From positions 1,116,001 to 1,180,000 of the forward strand of contig JBHGNT010000001.1 in assembly GCA_043228905.1 (NCBI GenBank): DNA of 64,000 nt. Reading direction: 5' to 3'. Below are positions 1 to 12,459 of this stretch, piece by piece. A program made the translations under genes and the position numbers. Source of the stretch: Azolla caroliniana. Lineage: Eukaryota > Plantae > Polypodiophyta. The notes under the pieces were generated by a model that saw only the letters and a list, made by a program, of their open reading frames with translations, was not told where the DNA came from and made no database searches. Numbering within the stretch: position 1 is the first letter of the stretch; each line of letters starts with the position of its first letter.

Positions 1-482
1 TTTCATAAAGTCATGTGCTAAGGTTTATTGGCGCATGAAAGTCTATTAAGTTAAACATGATGTCCAACCAATCACCATAATCACCACTTGAAAAGATTAT
101 AACAAAGACTGGAGACTTCTTTGCAGCATTTGGCTGATACACATATATACCTTTACATATATAGGTCTCGGAAAATAATCATTCTACCATTTAAAAAACC
201 TGAGGAGAAAAAGCAAAAATATTCAACGATCAAGACTACTTTCGACAACAATTTGATAGATTTTAACATTTGGCTGATATAAATACACATTTGTATATAG
301 AGATCTCTGAATTCAAGGCTTTTCATCCGCCATAATTTTGATAGATTTATATCTGTATATAAGCCCTCTTCAATGAGTATTATCACTAATACTAAAATCT
401 CTAGACCTCTTAACTCAATACTCTACTAAAGCAAAACCTCTATACTTGAGATTGACCGCCTTTCAATGAATTTGGTCATTCA

Positions 483-3399
483 TCAAACAGCATATACTTT
501 TACTACTCTCTCAATGGAGCCTCTACACACAGGGCAACCCCATAGTTTGGATTGGATTTCAGTGAGACAGATCATGCATCCTGCCAAATGCCCACAAGGT
601 ATACATACCCCTTCTGCACTAGCATCCAAACATACTACACACAATCCACCCTTCATCATATCCATCTGATCTCCTCCATCTTTGATTAGGGGGGGAGCTG
701 ATGGAGATGCTAATAATTCGTTAGAAGCACTACTCTTCATTACTTCTTGGTCATTCATGCCCCAACCATTGCTCATAGCACTCTTGACGGCTTCTTGCTC
801 GCTCAGGATCCAATCATCACCACTACTCTTCATTGCTTGATCGTTAGACATCAACACGATACTACTACTCTTCATTGCTTGATCACTAGAAATCCACTCG
901 ATACTATTACTCTCCATTGTTTGATGACCAGAAACACAATCAATACTTGATGATATTGCTCTCTCGGCCTCTACTCCTGACCATGATACATTGTAGCATC
1001 CCTGTAGTTGCTCGTTAAAATCATGGAAACCCAAACTCATGTACAAAGGTCCACCTGGAATGTCATCACCATATTCCCACGCTTTATATTGATCCACGTT
1101 ACTTGAATATATGGTTGGTGATATAGAGATACCCTCCTCCCTTGCAGTCCTAATGGATTCATCCAGCGCGAGTGCCAACGCTACCCCTTCAGATATTGAT
1201 TCCTGGTCCATTGATGCCTTTGACTTGCCTTGAAGAACTGAATCATTCAGGACACTTACGGGATGGATTTGTGACAAATTGTTCCCTTGTTGATATATTC
1301 CTCCTATAGCTACCGGATGAGGATTTGCATTATACTTCACCTGAATGCCAAATTTTGTATATTGAAGCTTAAAAACTGCAGGTAAAAACATTTAAGTAGC
1401 AGCAACAATCATGGAAGATACTGATATAAGATACATTCTTCACTCACTAAACAAATTCCTTGACACGTTTCATATAGTCTCCTTAATTGGTGACTATCAC
1501 CCTTAGTCCCGGATAGAAGCTTATGCTTGGTTTCTGTCATAAACAATACATGACGCATACAAAGCAAGTATGTTAAGTAATTAGCATTTACAAACTAAAG
1601 CTAATTATCTACTAGAGTAGTTGAGAGAAATGACTAACTTTGAACTTTGTCGGTTATGAACAGGGCAGGATCAGGAAGGGTGAAATTGGGCTCCACAATG
1701 ATCGCATTTGTTAATTGTATCACTATTCGAGGCTGGGCAACCTAGTGTCATCATCGAGAGATTACAACTCTATATTTAAACGCAATCGTCTGAATACTTC
1801 ACAGGTTAAACCTCTACATTGCCATAAAAGAAACTCCATATAACAACAAACTTTCTTAAAATAACTGATAAATAGATACCAACATTGCATAACCCAGACG
1901 GATGAGCTGATGATGCTGGGACACCGTTCCACAAATTGACCTGTGAAGCAACTGATCACTTAATTTCATCTTATGAACTCATTATTGGCAGATAGCGGTA
2001 ATTAAAGCATGGAGAATCAACCTTGGGAGAATCATATATAGCAAGTTCATAAGCTGGAGCCCTGCCTGGAATATAAAATTTGGATGGCAGTATCACTGCC
2101 CAGCTACAATACACAGAATTAAAAATGATGAGTTTAATTTAAAAAGTAATACCATTCAAACTCATCATATCAAATTAGGCAGTGAATCAGAGCACAGTTA
2201 CATTTTTCTGGTGATCAAATTCGGTGCCAGTGATTCAAATATGCCGAATCCTGAAAGCTCTCGCAATATGCCACTGAAAATGCATATCTTTTCCTGCACA
2301 AGAAAGACCATTTACTGTTCTAGTCGGAGAGAAAGGGAAAAACATTATTTATGATGCAAACATCGTTTAGAGACTGACCTCCAGTAAGCGCACCACTGGA
2401 GTATGACCCTTGCTTCTTGCCATCTCAAGAGCTGTTTGGCCATCATCATTCACAGCCAGAGGATTGGCTGAAAAAAGCCAACCCAGAAACATGGAATCCT
2501 TATAGAGATTAACCAGAAACGCTCCAGAAAGCCGGACTATATTCCTTTTAATATTTATACGAGAACTAACCTCCACAAGAAACAAGTAAACCAACAGTTT
2601 TCTCAAGGCCCCTTTTTGCTGCGTGGTGTATTGCAAAACCTCCGTGTGATCCTGGACATAATGTTGCAGAATCTACTTATATCGGATTGTAATAGAACTT
2701 ACTTGCCCTAGCACATTATTAAAATACTATATAACAAATTACAATCAGGAGATTCACTTACCTGATCTGAATGCATCCATATTAGCACCTAATTGCAGCA
2801 ATAGCACAACCATATCAAAGAGATCCCCATGTGAACATGCCACCATGAGGGGTGTTCTTCCTTCTTTATCAACCCACTGATTAAGAAACGTGGAAACATC
2901 GTTATACTAATGCTAGTTATTAATCCCCCATAACAGAAGAATGAGGTGGTGTACACTTTCAGCGTGCATTTTTTCAGCAAATGTATAGCCAATGAATTAA
3001 TAACCATATACATTACAGATCTTAATTCATGAATCAATCAGTTCAATCATTAACATCTAGAAATCAGAGCATTAAAGAAGATAAATTATGTATGTTAATG
3101 AGGCTTAGAATAACACAACAGAACTCATTGAGTGATATAATTAAGAGTAAAATAAACATACACCAAAAAATGATCGTCACATCCTATATTAATTTTGTAA
3201 GCTTCTTACCTCCCACCATTATCCACACAAACATGATTGAGTTAAGAAATACAATAAGGGAAGTGAATTATTGATGGAGGTGGGGGAACAGACGTACTTC
3301 CAAAGAAGTTCCCTCTCTATGGAGAGACTTAACAGTATTCTGGTTGCCGTTTTGAACTGCCTGATAGAGAAGTTCTTCTTTTGAGCTCGAAGCTCCCAT
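483..3399 (-). CDS. XBAT35: Ankyrin-repeat + C3HC4 RING E3 ubiquitin ligase, XBAT34/XBAT35-like (~535 aa, 9 coding exons)
   Basis: Exons 3298-3399, 2762-2876, 2571-2651, 2379-2467, 2202-2293, 2022-2103, 1639-1741, 1448-1533 and 483-1340 join in frame with GT-AG sites. The protein starts MGASSSKEELLYQAVQNGN, has ankyrin motifs (GRTPLMVAC, AIHHAAKRG, GQTALEMARSKGH) and ends in a RING (CVVCLD...CIPCGHLAGCMICL...CPVCR). Confidence 0.9.
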
Positions 3400-5031
3400 G
3401 ATGATTCTGATACAAGTTTGAAAGCCTCTGCAAATGAGGAGGGAAACGAAGGAAACACGTTAATTTGAGCATTTCCATTAAGCTTATTTCGGGAGATACC
3501 ATAAAACCTAAAGTTTTTCATACTCCTTTGTAGTTGTGACGATTTATACACCAAAAAGAAGGAGAATTGATAAACTCAAGGCAAATTCCATAAATATTAT
3601 ACCCTAAAGCAAAAAGAAGAGGAAATCTTAAACGGATCTCAACTGTGGATCAAATCAAGGCAACTTCCATACGTATTATACTTCCCTAAAGCTTCAAGGT
3701 GGAGACTCGAGAGAGACAGCTGGAGGAATAGAGACACCTTCGTAAGTTAATTCCATTCTAGAGCTAGTAAGTTAATTCCATTAAAGGAAACTCTGATTAA
3801 GGTTTTCCTCGAAAAAAAATAGTAAACGAAAGAAAGAAACCTGTGCAACTTTGGCGCACTTAGAAAGAACAACGCAAAGAAATTGAAAGTCTAAACTTGC
3901 CTACACAGTAAAACCTCACGTTTAATTCCATTAATGTAAACAACTTCCATTTATGTATGCAACCTTCAACATCCATATATAGTATAGCTTAACGAGTTAT
4001 TGCCGAATTAATCAAAGCAAAGAAATGTATACATATCGTTCTTTACATTAGAAAGAGTCGATTTTATATTAGCGATGATGGAAACGGATCGAACAATTTG
4101 AAATATAGAATTTCACGGGAGAAAACCAATAAAAAAGTTTGAAAGAAAATCAATGAATTTCTTATTATCATGAGCGGCAGATCGTGGAGTTGTTACAGTA
4201 TAACGAGATTAAAGATCCTGGCTCTTTCAAGATGAAGGAATGATGGATTAACCGGCACAAGCATATAATAATAATATTAAAAGAAGATGATGACGACTAA
4301 GAACAATCATAACCTACTTCTGTATTGTTTGGTGTGGTTTCTATATAATACCAAAAAAAGAGCCTGTCAGAACTGGAAGAGTTAAGAACATTATACATAA
4401 GAGGAAAAAATTAAAAAAGACTGAGAAAGAGAACACTCATCTATGGCTTAAATGTTTTTTGAGCAAGATCGAGAAACGACATGCATGACGAAGGAAATAT
4501 ATCTATCTATATCAGAAGATCATGGAGTATATATATTAGAAGAAACCATAGCCAGATAATCGTGCACTATTGCTTGGTCTGTTCAGCACGAAAAGAAAGA
4601 AGGTGATTAATGTGTGTTCTCGTGACAATGTTGATACGACGACGGAGAGAGACAGAGAAATCAAACAGTTCCATGTTTCTGAATTTTATAGATAAGACGA
4701 GGAATGATGAAGATAAAGAAACTCCATGGATTGGATTGGATGTAAATCTGAGTACAAGATAAATGCTTACACGAGGAAGATTAAACGTCCTGTGGAGAAT
4801 GACGGGATCGATATTATATCGACATAGTGAAATTTAGCAGCATCATTTCAGCAGAAGAAGTAACAATCCAAAGTACACGACATCGTTCATATAAAAGAAT
4901 GAACAAGAAGAAGAAGGCCTCGTCCTAGCCAGGTAAATTTTTACTGTGCTTGCCTGTGCAATTTTAGTGAGGCGAGGGCCTTTGGAGCGATGGTGATGAT
5001 AAATGGCGGAGGAGAAAACGATGAGGTGGGA

Positions 5032-5078
5032 CAGAGAGAGAGAGAGAGATAGAAGAAGAAGAAGAAGAAGAAGAAGAA
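5032..5078. repeat. (GA)n/(GAA)n microsatellite in the probable 5' leader region of the XBAT-like gene
   Basis: agagagagagagagagatagaagaagaagaagaag...; CT/CTT-rich on the minus strand, typical of plant 5' UTRs. Confidence 0.8.
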
Positions 5079-5202
5079 TAGCGGCAGCAGACGAAGACGA
5101 TGCAAACCCTAAATCTGCGGATTCACCATTGATTCTCTGTGGTTCTTTCCCTCTTTCTACAAAAGAAGAAGAGCACACGCAGAGAGAAACTGCCGCCAAC
5201 TC

Positions 5203-5303
5203 CTGATGACGCGGCCGCTCTTTCAGACGTGGCAATCAATTCGCGTTCCACGTCAGCGGCCACGCTGTCCTGCTCGCTGTCGTCGTTGCACCGATGACGT
5301 CAT
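5203..5303. promoter_or_regulatory. Cluster of ACGT/TGACG bZIP-type elements upstream of the XBAT-like gene
   Basis: TGATGACGC, AGACGTGGC, TTCCACGTCAGC and the palindrome GATGACGTCATC lie within ~100 bp of a GC-rich island. Confidence 0.45.
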
Positions 5304-5523
5304 CTTCTTTCCCTTTTCTCTCTCTCTCCCTCTCTTTCTTCTTTTGGATTCTTCTTAATTTGTATTTTCATTTTATTTTTCCTGCTCGTTTTTTATTTTC
5401 GTTTAATTAATGGTCGATTGATCGTTTTGTTTATTTTCGTTTTCCGTTTGCAGGTTTTTTGGGGGTTTATCTTTCTCCGTTGCGTTCTTTTCTTTGCGTT
5501 TGAACTTCCCATAAAAAACGTTT

Positions 5524-5591
5524 ACACACACACACACACACACATGCACGCCCACTCACTCACTCTCACACACACACACACACACACACAC
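5524..5591. repeat. (CA)n microsatellite
   Basis: Two (CA)n runs separated by a short interruption. Confidence 0.85.
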
Positions 5592-6382
5592 GTGTGCACG
5601 CCTGGCTAGAGTCGATCCTTCGCACGTTTTCTACCAACTTACCATGTAAACTCAATCAATTGATTCCTAACGATATGTTAGATCCACGGGTCGACCCTTA
5701 CCTTCCTTTGACACTCAGATATGGCCACTTCTAATAAACTAGGTTTCGTAATTGATGTTAAGCTTGCTCGTATACACAAATTGATTTCTTCATTTAATTT
5801 TGACAAGGACAATAACAAGGGATTGTTGTCAATTCCCAATGGTTCAATGTTTTTAAATGAGATTAAGAGTTCATGAACTACGAATGTAATGGTTCCATAC
5901 ATTATTTAGTATTTTGACACAATAATGTCGTTGTCTATGTCATATCGTGATGACTATAATACATGTCGGATACATAGTTTTTGAGTATTGGCATGGTCTC
6001 TTGTATGTTCTAGATGTTCCATCATGCCTTCACATCCTCTCCACTTGTTCATGTTCTCCTTCCATAGGACATTTTGAGGTCTCTAAGACAACCAAGTTTA
6101 AAAGTCATGATTACTAGTGGCTCTCTCTTTGGACAATAATTGAGGTTTTTTTTCATTCCTATGAAATTTGCAACACCTGCCCAATCAAAAGCCCATTGTC
6201 TAAAATTGTATGTGGACTATTCCACCCTTTACCAATACCAAATGCAAGAGCATCTCAATCAGCTTCATTTCAAGGCTTTCTTGAGCACAAGATCATTATA
6301 CCATTTTGACAATTGGGGGTCGGTTTTCAAATATGACACATTTCATCCCCTGCTCTTCCTCCATCTTGAATGAAGTTGCATC

Positions 6383-6907
6383 AAGGGATCGACAACGGTT
6401 TAGGCTAATCTAAACCGTTTTGGGGATCTCAAACTTAGAACCGAACCGGTTCACAAACCGGTTTAGCCTAAACCGGGTTGTGAACCGGTTTGGTAAACAA
6501 CTGAGAAACCACTTTCCAAACCGGCTTCCCTCCCTCTCTCTCTCTCTCTTGGAGATGATCCACTATATAGTATACATTGTACAAGCTCTCCCTCCCACAC
6601 ACTCTCTCACGTCTGTGTGGTCTCAACTCTCTCTCTCTCTCTCCTCGTTTGTGTAGTTCTCCCTCTCTCCCTCTCTCTCTCTCTCTCTAAAGTTACTAAC
6701 GGGCTAAGCTCTCTCTCTTTCTATCTCTCTCCCTCTCGCTCTAAAGTTTCTAACTGGCTTGAGCTGGTTTGGCGAGGCTCAAGCCGAGCATAGCTGAGCT
6801 CAAACCGTTAAGGCAAGTTCAAGCCTAAACTGAGCCAACCCGCTAAGCCGTTTTAAGCCGGCTAAGCCAAACGGTTTGGGCTTGAGCCGAGCAGTTGCCA
6901 ATCCCTA
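6383..6907. mobile_element. Non-autonomous hAT-like MITE, copy 1 (older, degenerate ends)
   Basis: Ends AAGGGATCGACAACGG ... GCAGTTGCCAATCCCTA, subterminal AAACCG/AAGCCG repeats and an internal (CT)n; homologous to 55899-56330. Only a partial flanking duplication (GCATC) remains. Confidence 0.8.
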
Positions 6908-7247
6908 GCATCCATGCTTTATACTTCATAAGGTCTTTTGCATCCATGGTCTTCCATAAAATATTCATGGTAGGGTTTTGGGAAGGCCTCTTGAAGCTCT
7001 TAATGATTAATGGATACTTGCCCTTTGGGCAATATCACCGAGAAAAAAATGGATAGACTAAGCAAACCAACCAAACATTAGGGCAAATATGATTGGCTAC
7101 CCATGGTTGATTTGCTAGTTAGGGACGTACATTAATATTTTGAAAAAAGTTTGGGTAATTCTCAGAAGTGATGTATTTTGGTGCCTTTACATTTTCTTTA
7201 TTAAACATAATTGAAAATTTTGGGAACAAATTTACTTACGACTATAG

Positions 7248-7411
7248 AGCAATGTCCTAAGCACTTAAAATCATGTAATGATGGCTTATGGATCTAGAGT
7301 TTCATCTTATGGTCATAGTTCAAAAATATGAGCAATGTCCTAAGCACTTAAAATCATGGAATGATGGCTTATGGATCTAGTGTTCATCTTATGGGCATAG
7401 TTCAAAAATAT
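7248..7411. repeat. Tandem duplication, ~83 bp x2
   Basis: agcaatgtcctaagcacttaaaatcatg...catagttcaaaaatat occurs twice head-to-tail. Confidence 0.85.
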
Positions 7412-7939
7412 TGTTAAGTATAACACACAAATCATGTTCACCGAAGGCCTTACTCTTTCAAACCATTGAAACATTCCAAGTTTCTAAATAGATAAAAAAA
7501 TTTACTTGTAGAGTTCCATTTCAATCTCTATTTCTTCCATGGATTGCATCCGGTCTCCCCTGGACATTAAAAGTCTCTCTCTCTCTCTCTCTCTCTCATT
7601 GCCATTAACATATGTATGAGTTTAAGCCATCCTCAATCTATCACTACCTCTGTATCCTACTCTAATTGTTCTAAAAGGAGACAACTTTCACTAAATATTA
7701 TCAACATCATTTATTGCCACAAAGTGTCAATTCATATATGGTGCCAAAATACAAAATACCTCATGAATATTCAACATATTTTTTGAAAAACAATGTAAGG
7801 AATGCTTTGAATTTATTATTTTATGTAGTGTGCATGTATGTTCCAATGTATGTCCTTAGTTCCTTTCAGTGCAATAATCTTTCCAACATTATTGTTTTGA
7901 AAAGTAACAACTCTTTAACAATATAGAAAGGAGTTACAA

Positions 7940-8044
7940 AAAAAATGGTGCATGTTTCATATGGTTAGATTGTATGCATATCTACATCTTACACAAAAAT
8001 GGTGCATGTTTGATATGGTTGGATTGTATGCATATCTACATCTT
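7940..8044. repeat. Tandem duplication, ~54 bp x2
   Basis: aaaaatggtgcatgttt.atatggtt.gattgtatgcatatctacatctt occurs twice. Confidence 0.8.
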
Positions 8045-11000
8045 GTTAGTTATTCGGTAATAAATCAATTTTAGAAAGAGCATATTAAGGGTAGACAAAA
8101 GGTGGGAAACTTGCTTGTTATTTTAAGACTTTCTCTAATCATCATGTGAGGAAACAATGCTTTTGAAGGGCACATCTTGCTTTAAAATATGCTTCTAAAT
8201 TATTGATGTAGATAACTAAATTATCTCCTTGTAATGTCTGATCTAGATAGGTTTAAACAATCTTTAATCCAACACATGTCTTCCTATTTGTGATTGGTAT
8301 CCTTGTCTCTAGCACTTGGCCACTCTTTGACAAACAAAAAGATAGCAACCAATATCTCACAATTACCTTTTTCCACCAAAATATAGGTAAACCAAGAAAT
8401 GCTAGAGTCTATTGTTTGATTATTTATTTTAGTTGTATGAGCTTTGTGCACAAAATGATTTTCCTAGGGAAACCTAGAGTCTATTGGTCCTTCCATTCTT
8501 CTGGTGTCTTTATACATCAAAATGAAGAATGCAAACTCATAATTTCTAAGTAATTTTGATCAAGGTTTTTTGGTTCATTTAAGCTCTACATAGAAATTTT
8601 TTCCCATCCAATAAAGTGGTGGTTTGCTTCATCTCATGTTATCACTTGTGCATGCATTATGTAGTTCACATGTGCGCAACACAATTTGAAACTTATGGGG
8701 AAATTCAAACTATAGTTAGTTTCTAATGTGTAAGAAATGTTCATCCATAACACAAGCTAAAACATTACTATTTGTTTGCCACATATTATAACATTTCTAA
8801 TGGACATGGGGTCACATTTTACTTTTTAAGTAAAGGCTTCGTAAACGAATACCTCAGTAATGTGTCAAGCAATATTTGGAAAGACACTTTAAGTGGCATT
8901 ATTCCCTCATGGATAATATTGTTCAATATACAAAGGAAGACCTGACTTTAGCGATACACAATTACTTTATGGTTCCTCAAAAAGTTTAAATTTGAAGTCC
9001 TATGCGATAACCTTCAAAGGCCTTTGAAAATATTAAACCATTCTTGCACTCATCTTGCCAAAACTATATCAATATTATCTGTGTTGCACTCATTTTCAAA
9101 GCAAAATATCATGAAAACAATGTTTTTGTAAAAAGACAAGTATAGTAAAGTGCAATGTGAAAGCATTTTCTTTCAAAAAATTCTTGAAAAAAGGCTACAT
9201 GCAAGTATGCGACGGTGTAGTGGTATAGCATTTGCTTTCTACCTTGAAGATCATGGGTTCACCTGAAAGAGTGCGCCTTGTTTAATGTTCACTATAAACT
9301 TCATCATTACACTAATGAGTAATTGATTCTTTGTTTGTAACATATGGCCTTAGAAATTTACAAAAATCCCTTTCTAAAACACAAAGTTTGAAGATTTTAG
9401 CATACTCTTACAACAAGCAACTTTTTGGCTCTTCGTAATTCTTCTTCATCTCTTGACTATCCATCTTCTCAATTCCTAATCAAATATTAGGTTCTCTAGC
9501 TTATGAGCATCGGTTTTTTGTATCAAGTTACTTAGTTGATTGTAATTAATTGAATTGCGTCGTTTTTACTTCTTTTTATTCACAAAGTTTTTGATGACAC
9601 TTGTACCTATACATTTATCTTGCCTTGTCTAATGATCTTGACAAAGAGATAGTGCTCCATCAAGGAAGAAGTGTGCTCAAGAAGAACTCCTATGAGAACC
9701 ACACATGTGGGAACTATCAAAAGTTTAATGCCATTGTGATTCATGACCCATTCTCACTACCCTTAACAGTTCACTGATGTAATCTTAGAGATTGTGAAAT
9801 GCCAACAACATATAGCTTACACCGATGAGGGAGTTGTATCCCAAAGCTTGGAAAGTGAAACCTATACATTTAGGAAGAACTCCTAAAATAATCACACATT
9901 TGTTGGTGTTATTGATGGGGCAATAGATCGATGGTCGAAACTTTTGATAGAGCCTTTAGAAACCTCATGGAAACAATCGCACCTGGATTAGGATCAAAAT
10001 GTTGCAAGCATCTCAATAGTGTGGACCATAGTACATAAAATTCGTGTTTGTCTAGCATAACATTTGTTTTCCTATGTTGGAAAACGAATTCGAATGTTAT
10101 TCAAACATTCTTGTGTTTTGTTTTTGTTTTTTCACCCTTGTTAAGTTTTTTTTTTCCCCTTTTTTTAGGTTTATTTACCTCATAATAAATAGTTAATCCA
10201 AAAGTCTGGTATTTACCATTCTTTGAGGGTTTTTACCACCTGGAACATTCACGAATGCAAATGCACGTAAGGTACTATGTGGATAGGAATCCAAATCATT
10301 GGGCTTAGACCACTCTAATGTCAAATTTGTCTTACGTTAACGGCACAATCTTTTTAATTACGTCTTAATATGTTTGATTACTCACTTCTCATTTTAATAT
10401 TTTAAATTTCACTAATCACTGCCTAACAACGATTAGGACCAACCTAACGAGCACATCAAATACTTGTGAAAAATTGAAGTAATAACGTTAATCCTTAAAT
10501 TCAGAAGTTGGAACCTTGTCTTCTGATGTGCTTCTTTTGCAAGTAAAGCCAAATCGTCTTTAGCGAATCAAGAGAAGTGATTCGACATGCCAATCCTCTT
10601 GCTTCTCTCTCTCTACCTCCGAAATAAATAAAAGATCAATGGAGCCACTTCATCCAGGGGAGTAGTTCTTCACTGTTGAAGCTTTGACCAATGGAAGATC
10701 TTTCGAGGTAAGTCTCACTTAACAGTTGGTTGCATCCTTCATATTGCTCCAAGGAGGCGGAGGCAAGATACCTCCCCTCCCCATCCTGCCATGGTCTTTG
10801 CCCAGTTAGGGCCATGAATCGCTTCTATGAAGGTTTCTGACTCGGGGATAATCACTCCCATCACCATGAAGGCGTAGTGTTGCACCATGTAATTGTTATA
10901 GCTGAAACAGGTGACTTGATTCTTCTCTGGGGGTCAAAGTGACATGTTTGATTCACTCATGCTTGTGGTACGAATTTTCATTACTCTGGTGTCCACATGA

Positions 11001-11449
11001 CTACCACACCAAACTCTGTCATCTAGGGGATAGATCCAATCTTTCAAAGTTGTGGAAGTGCCATTTCATTGCCTCATCATTGGAGATATGACTCTCTTCT
11101 TCATGCTCAAGCATCTTCACCTTTCCTTTGTTGGAAGTGAGCTGGATTGAGCAACGTCTTCATTGTAACAACCTATAAATGCATTCTAATGCATAAAATA
11201 TGATGTGTTATGGTTCTCGTTCACATACGCCGTCCCTTGTTACCGTAAAAAATGTATTACAAGGGCTTAACAATTTGCCCAATGTCAAGGTGCGAGATCT
11301 CCAAGATTTCAAGTATGAAATGTTCGAATGGATTAATACTCAAACATATGCCTGGAAAGATGAGATATTTAATCATGCATTGCAACATGGCATGCCCCAT
11401 AGATTGGAGTTACAAAGTAGATCAAATCTTCACATGAAATGGAAAATAT

Positions 11450-11820
11450 AACCAATATAAGTAATGATAGGACAACCTAGTCAGTTCTCTTATGCCAAAG
11501 TTATTTGGATATGTAATTGAAACAAAATTACGTGCAGAGTTACAAATAATCAAGTTTTCAATTATCATAGGACCATTGATCACCTTGTTCCTTGTCAAGT
11601 TTTTAATGGAGGAAAGTCATTACTTGAAGCAAGTGCTCTTTACATTCACAGCCTTGCTTTCCATCCATATGAAGCTACGTAACTCATTGACATAGAAAAC
11701 CCCCACAAATCAAGCACTCACCACATAATAGAAACCTTAATTGTAAAGAAACAAAGATGAATGTGCTATGGGAAATTTTAGGTTCATCATCTCTCCACAT
11801 TACAAGACCCTATACATTGA
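11450..11820 (-). mobile_element. Degenerate Ty1/copia integrase remnant
   Basis: The minus strand reads in fragments as DLWG, FYVNELRSFIWM and IKNLTRNKV, resembling copia integrase DxWGP...FIDDxSRxxWV...VENxxGxKIK, with stops and frameshifts. Confidence 0.35.
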
Positions 11821-12459
11821 GAAAGACCATTCAAACCATTTCAACTAATTGTCTCCTCGATTGTATCTTGAATCATGTACTCCAAACCATTGTGGAAGAA
11901 TTAATGACCAAAATCAAGAAACATCGATTGTGAGAAACCAACTTACACAAACTGTCTGATTATTGTTTCAAACAAAAATCATTACAGTGGCTTCATATAT
12001 AGCCGCATTAGTTCAGCCAATCTTTTCCATCGGAGAATATTCTTGTTATAAGATCCACTATGATTGTCAAGAATATGCAAATCTATGAAAGATCTTATTG
12101 TCAAGGAAAACTGGCTTTCAAGAGAGTTGTTTTATTCAGACAACAATATTGACAACGCCACAACAGGAAGCACCTTTGACAGAGTAGAAGACAATAATAT
12201 TTCTATTGCAAGACAGCTTTAGTCAAATGCTCTAATTTTCAATATAGCAATCGGAATGTTTGACTCACGGTGATCTGGAAGTTTTGCTTCCACAAATCAC
12301 CATGCTGAACATGCATAACCTATGAAACTTCCAAAGACTCTACATATACAAGAATCATCCGTGTAAGTTCTCAAATAGAACGATGACTAGCATATATGTC
12401 CAAAAATGATGATCCAAGTTCACATGTTTTTTTTTAGTTTGAGCAAAGGGATAGTTTTT

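Noticed and set aside
4843-5235. ORFs 4843-5235(-) and 5003-5206(+)
   Set aside because: Products of GA/GAA microsatellites (poly-L/S and poly-R); more likely the 5' leader or promoter of the XBAT-like gene.
8100-8700. Possible hAT transposase remnant (PIFWWKK on the minus strand)
   Set aside because: A single short motif in a stop-ridden frame; insufficient support.
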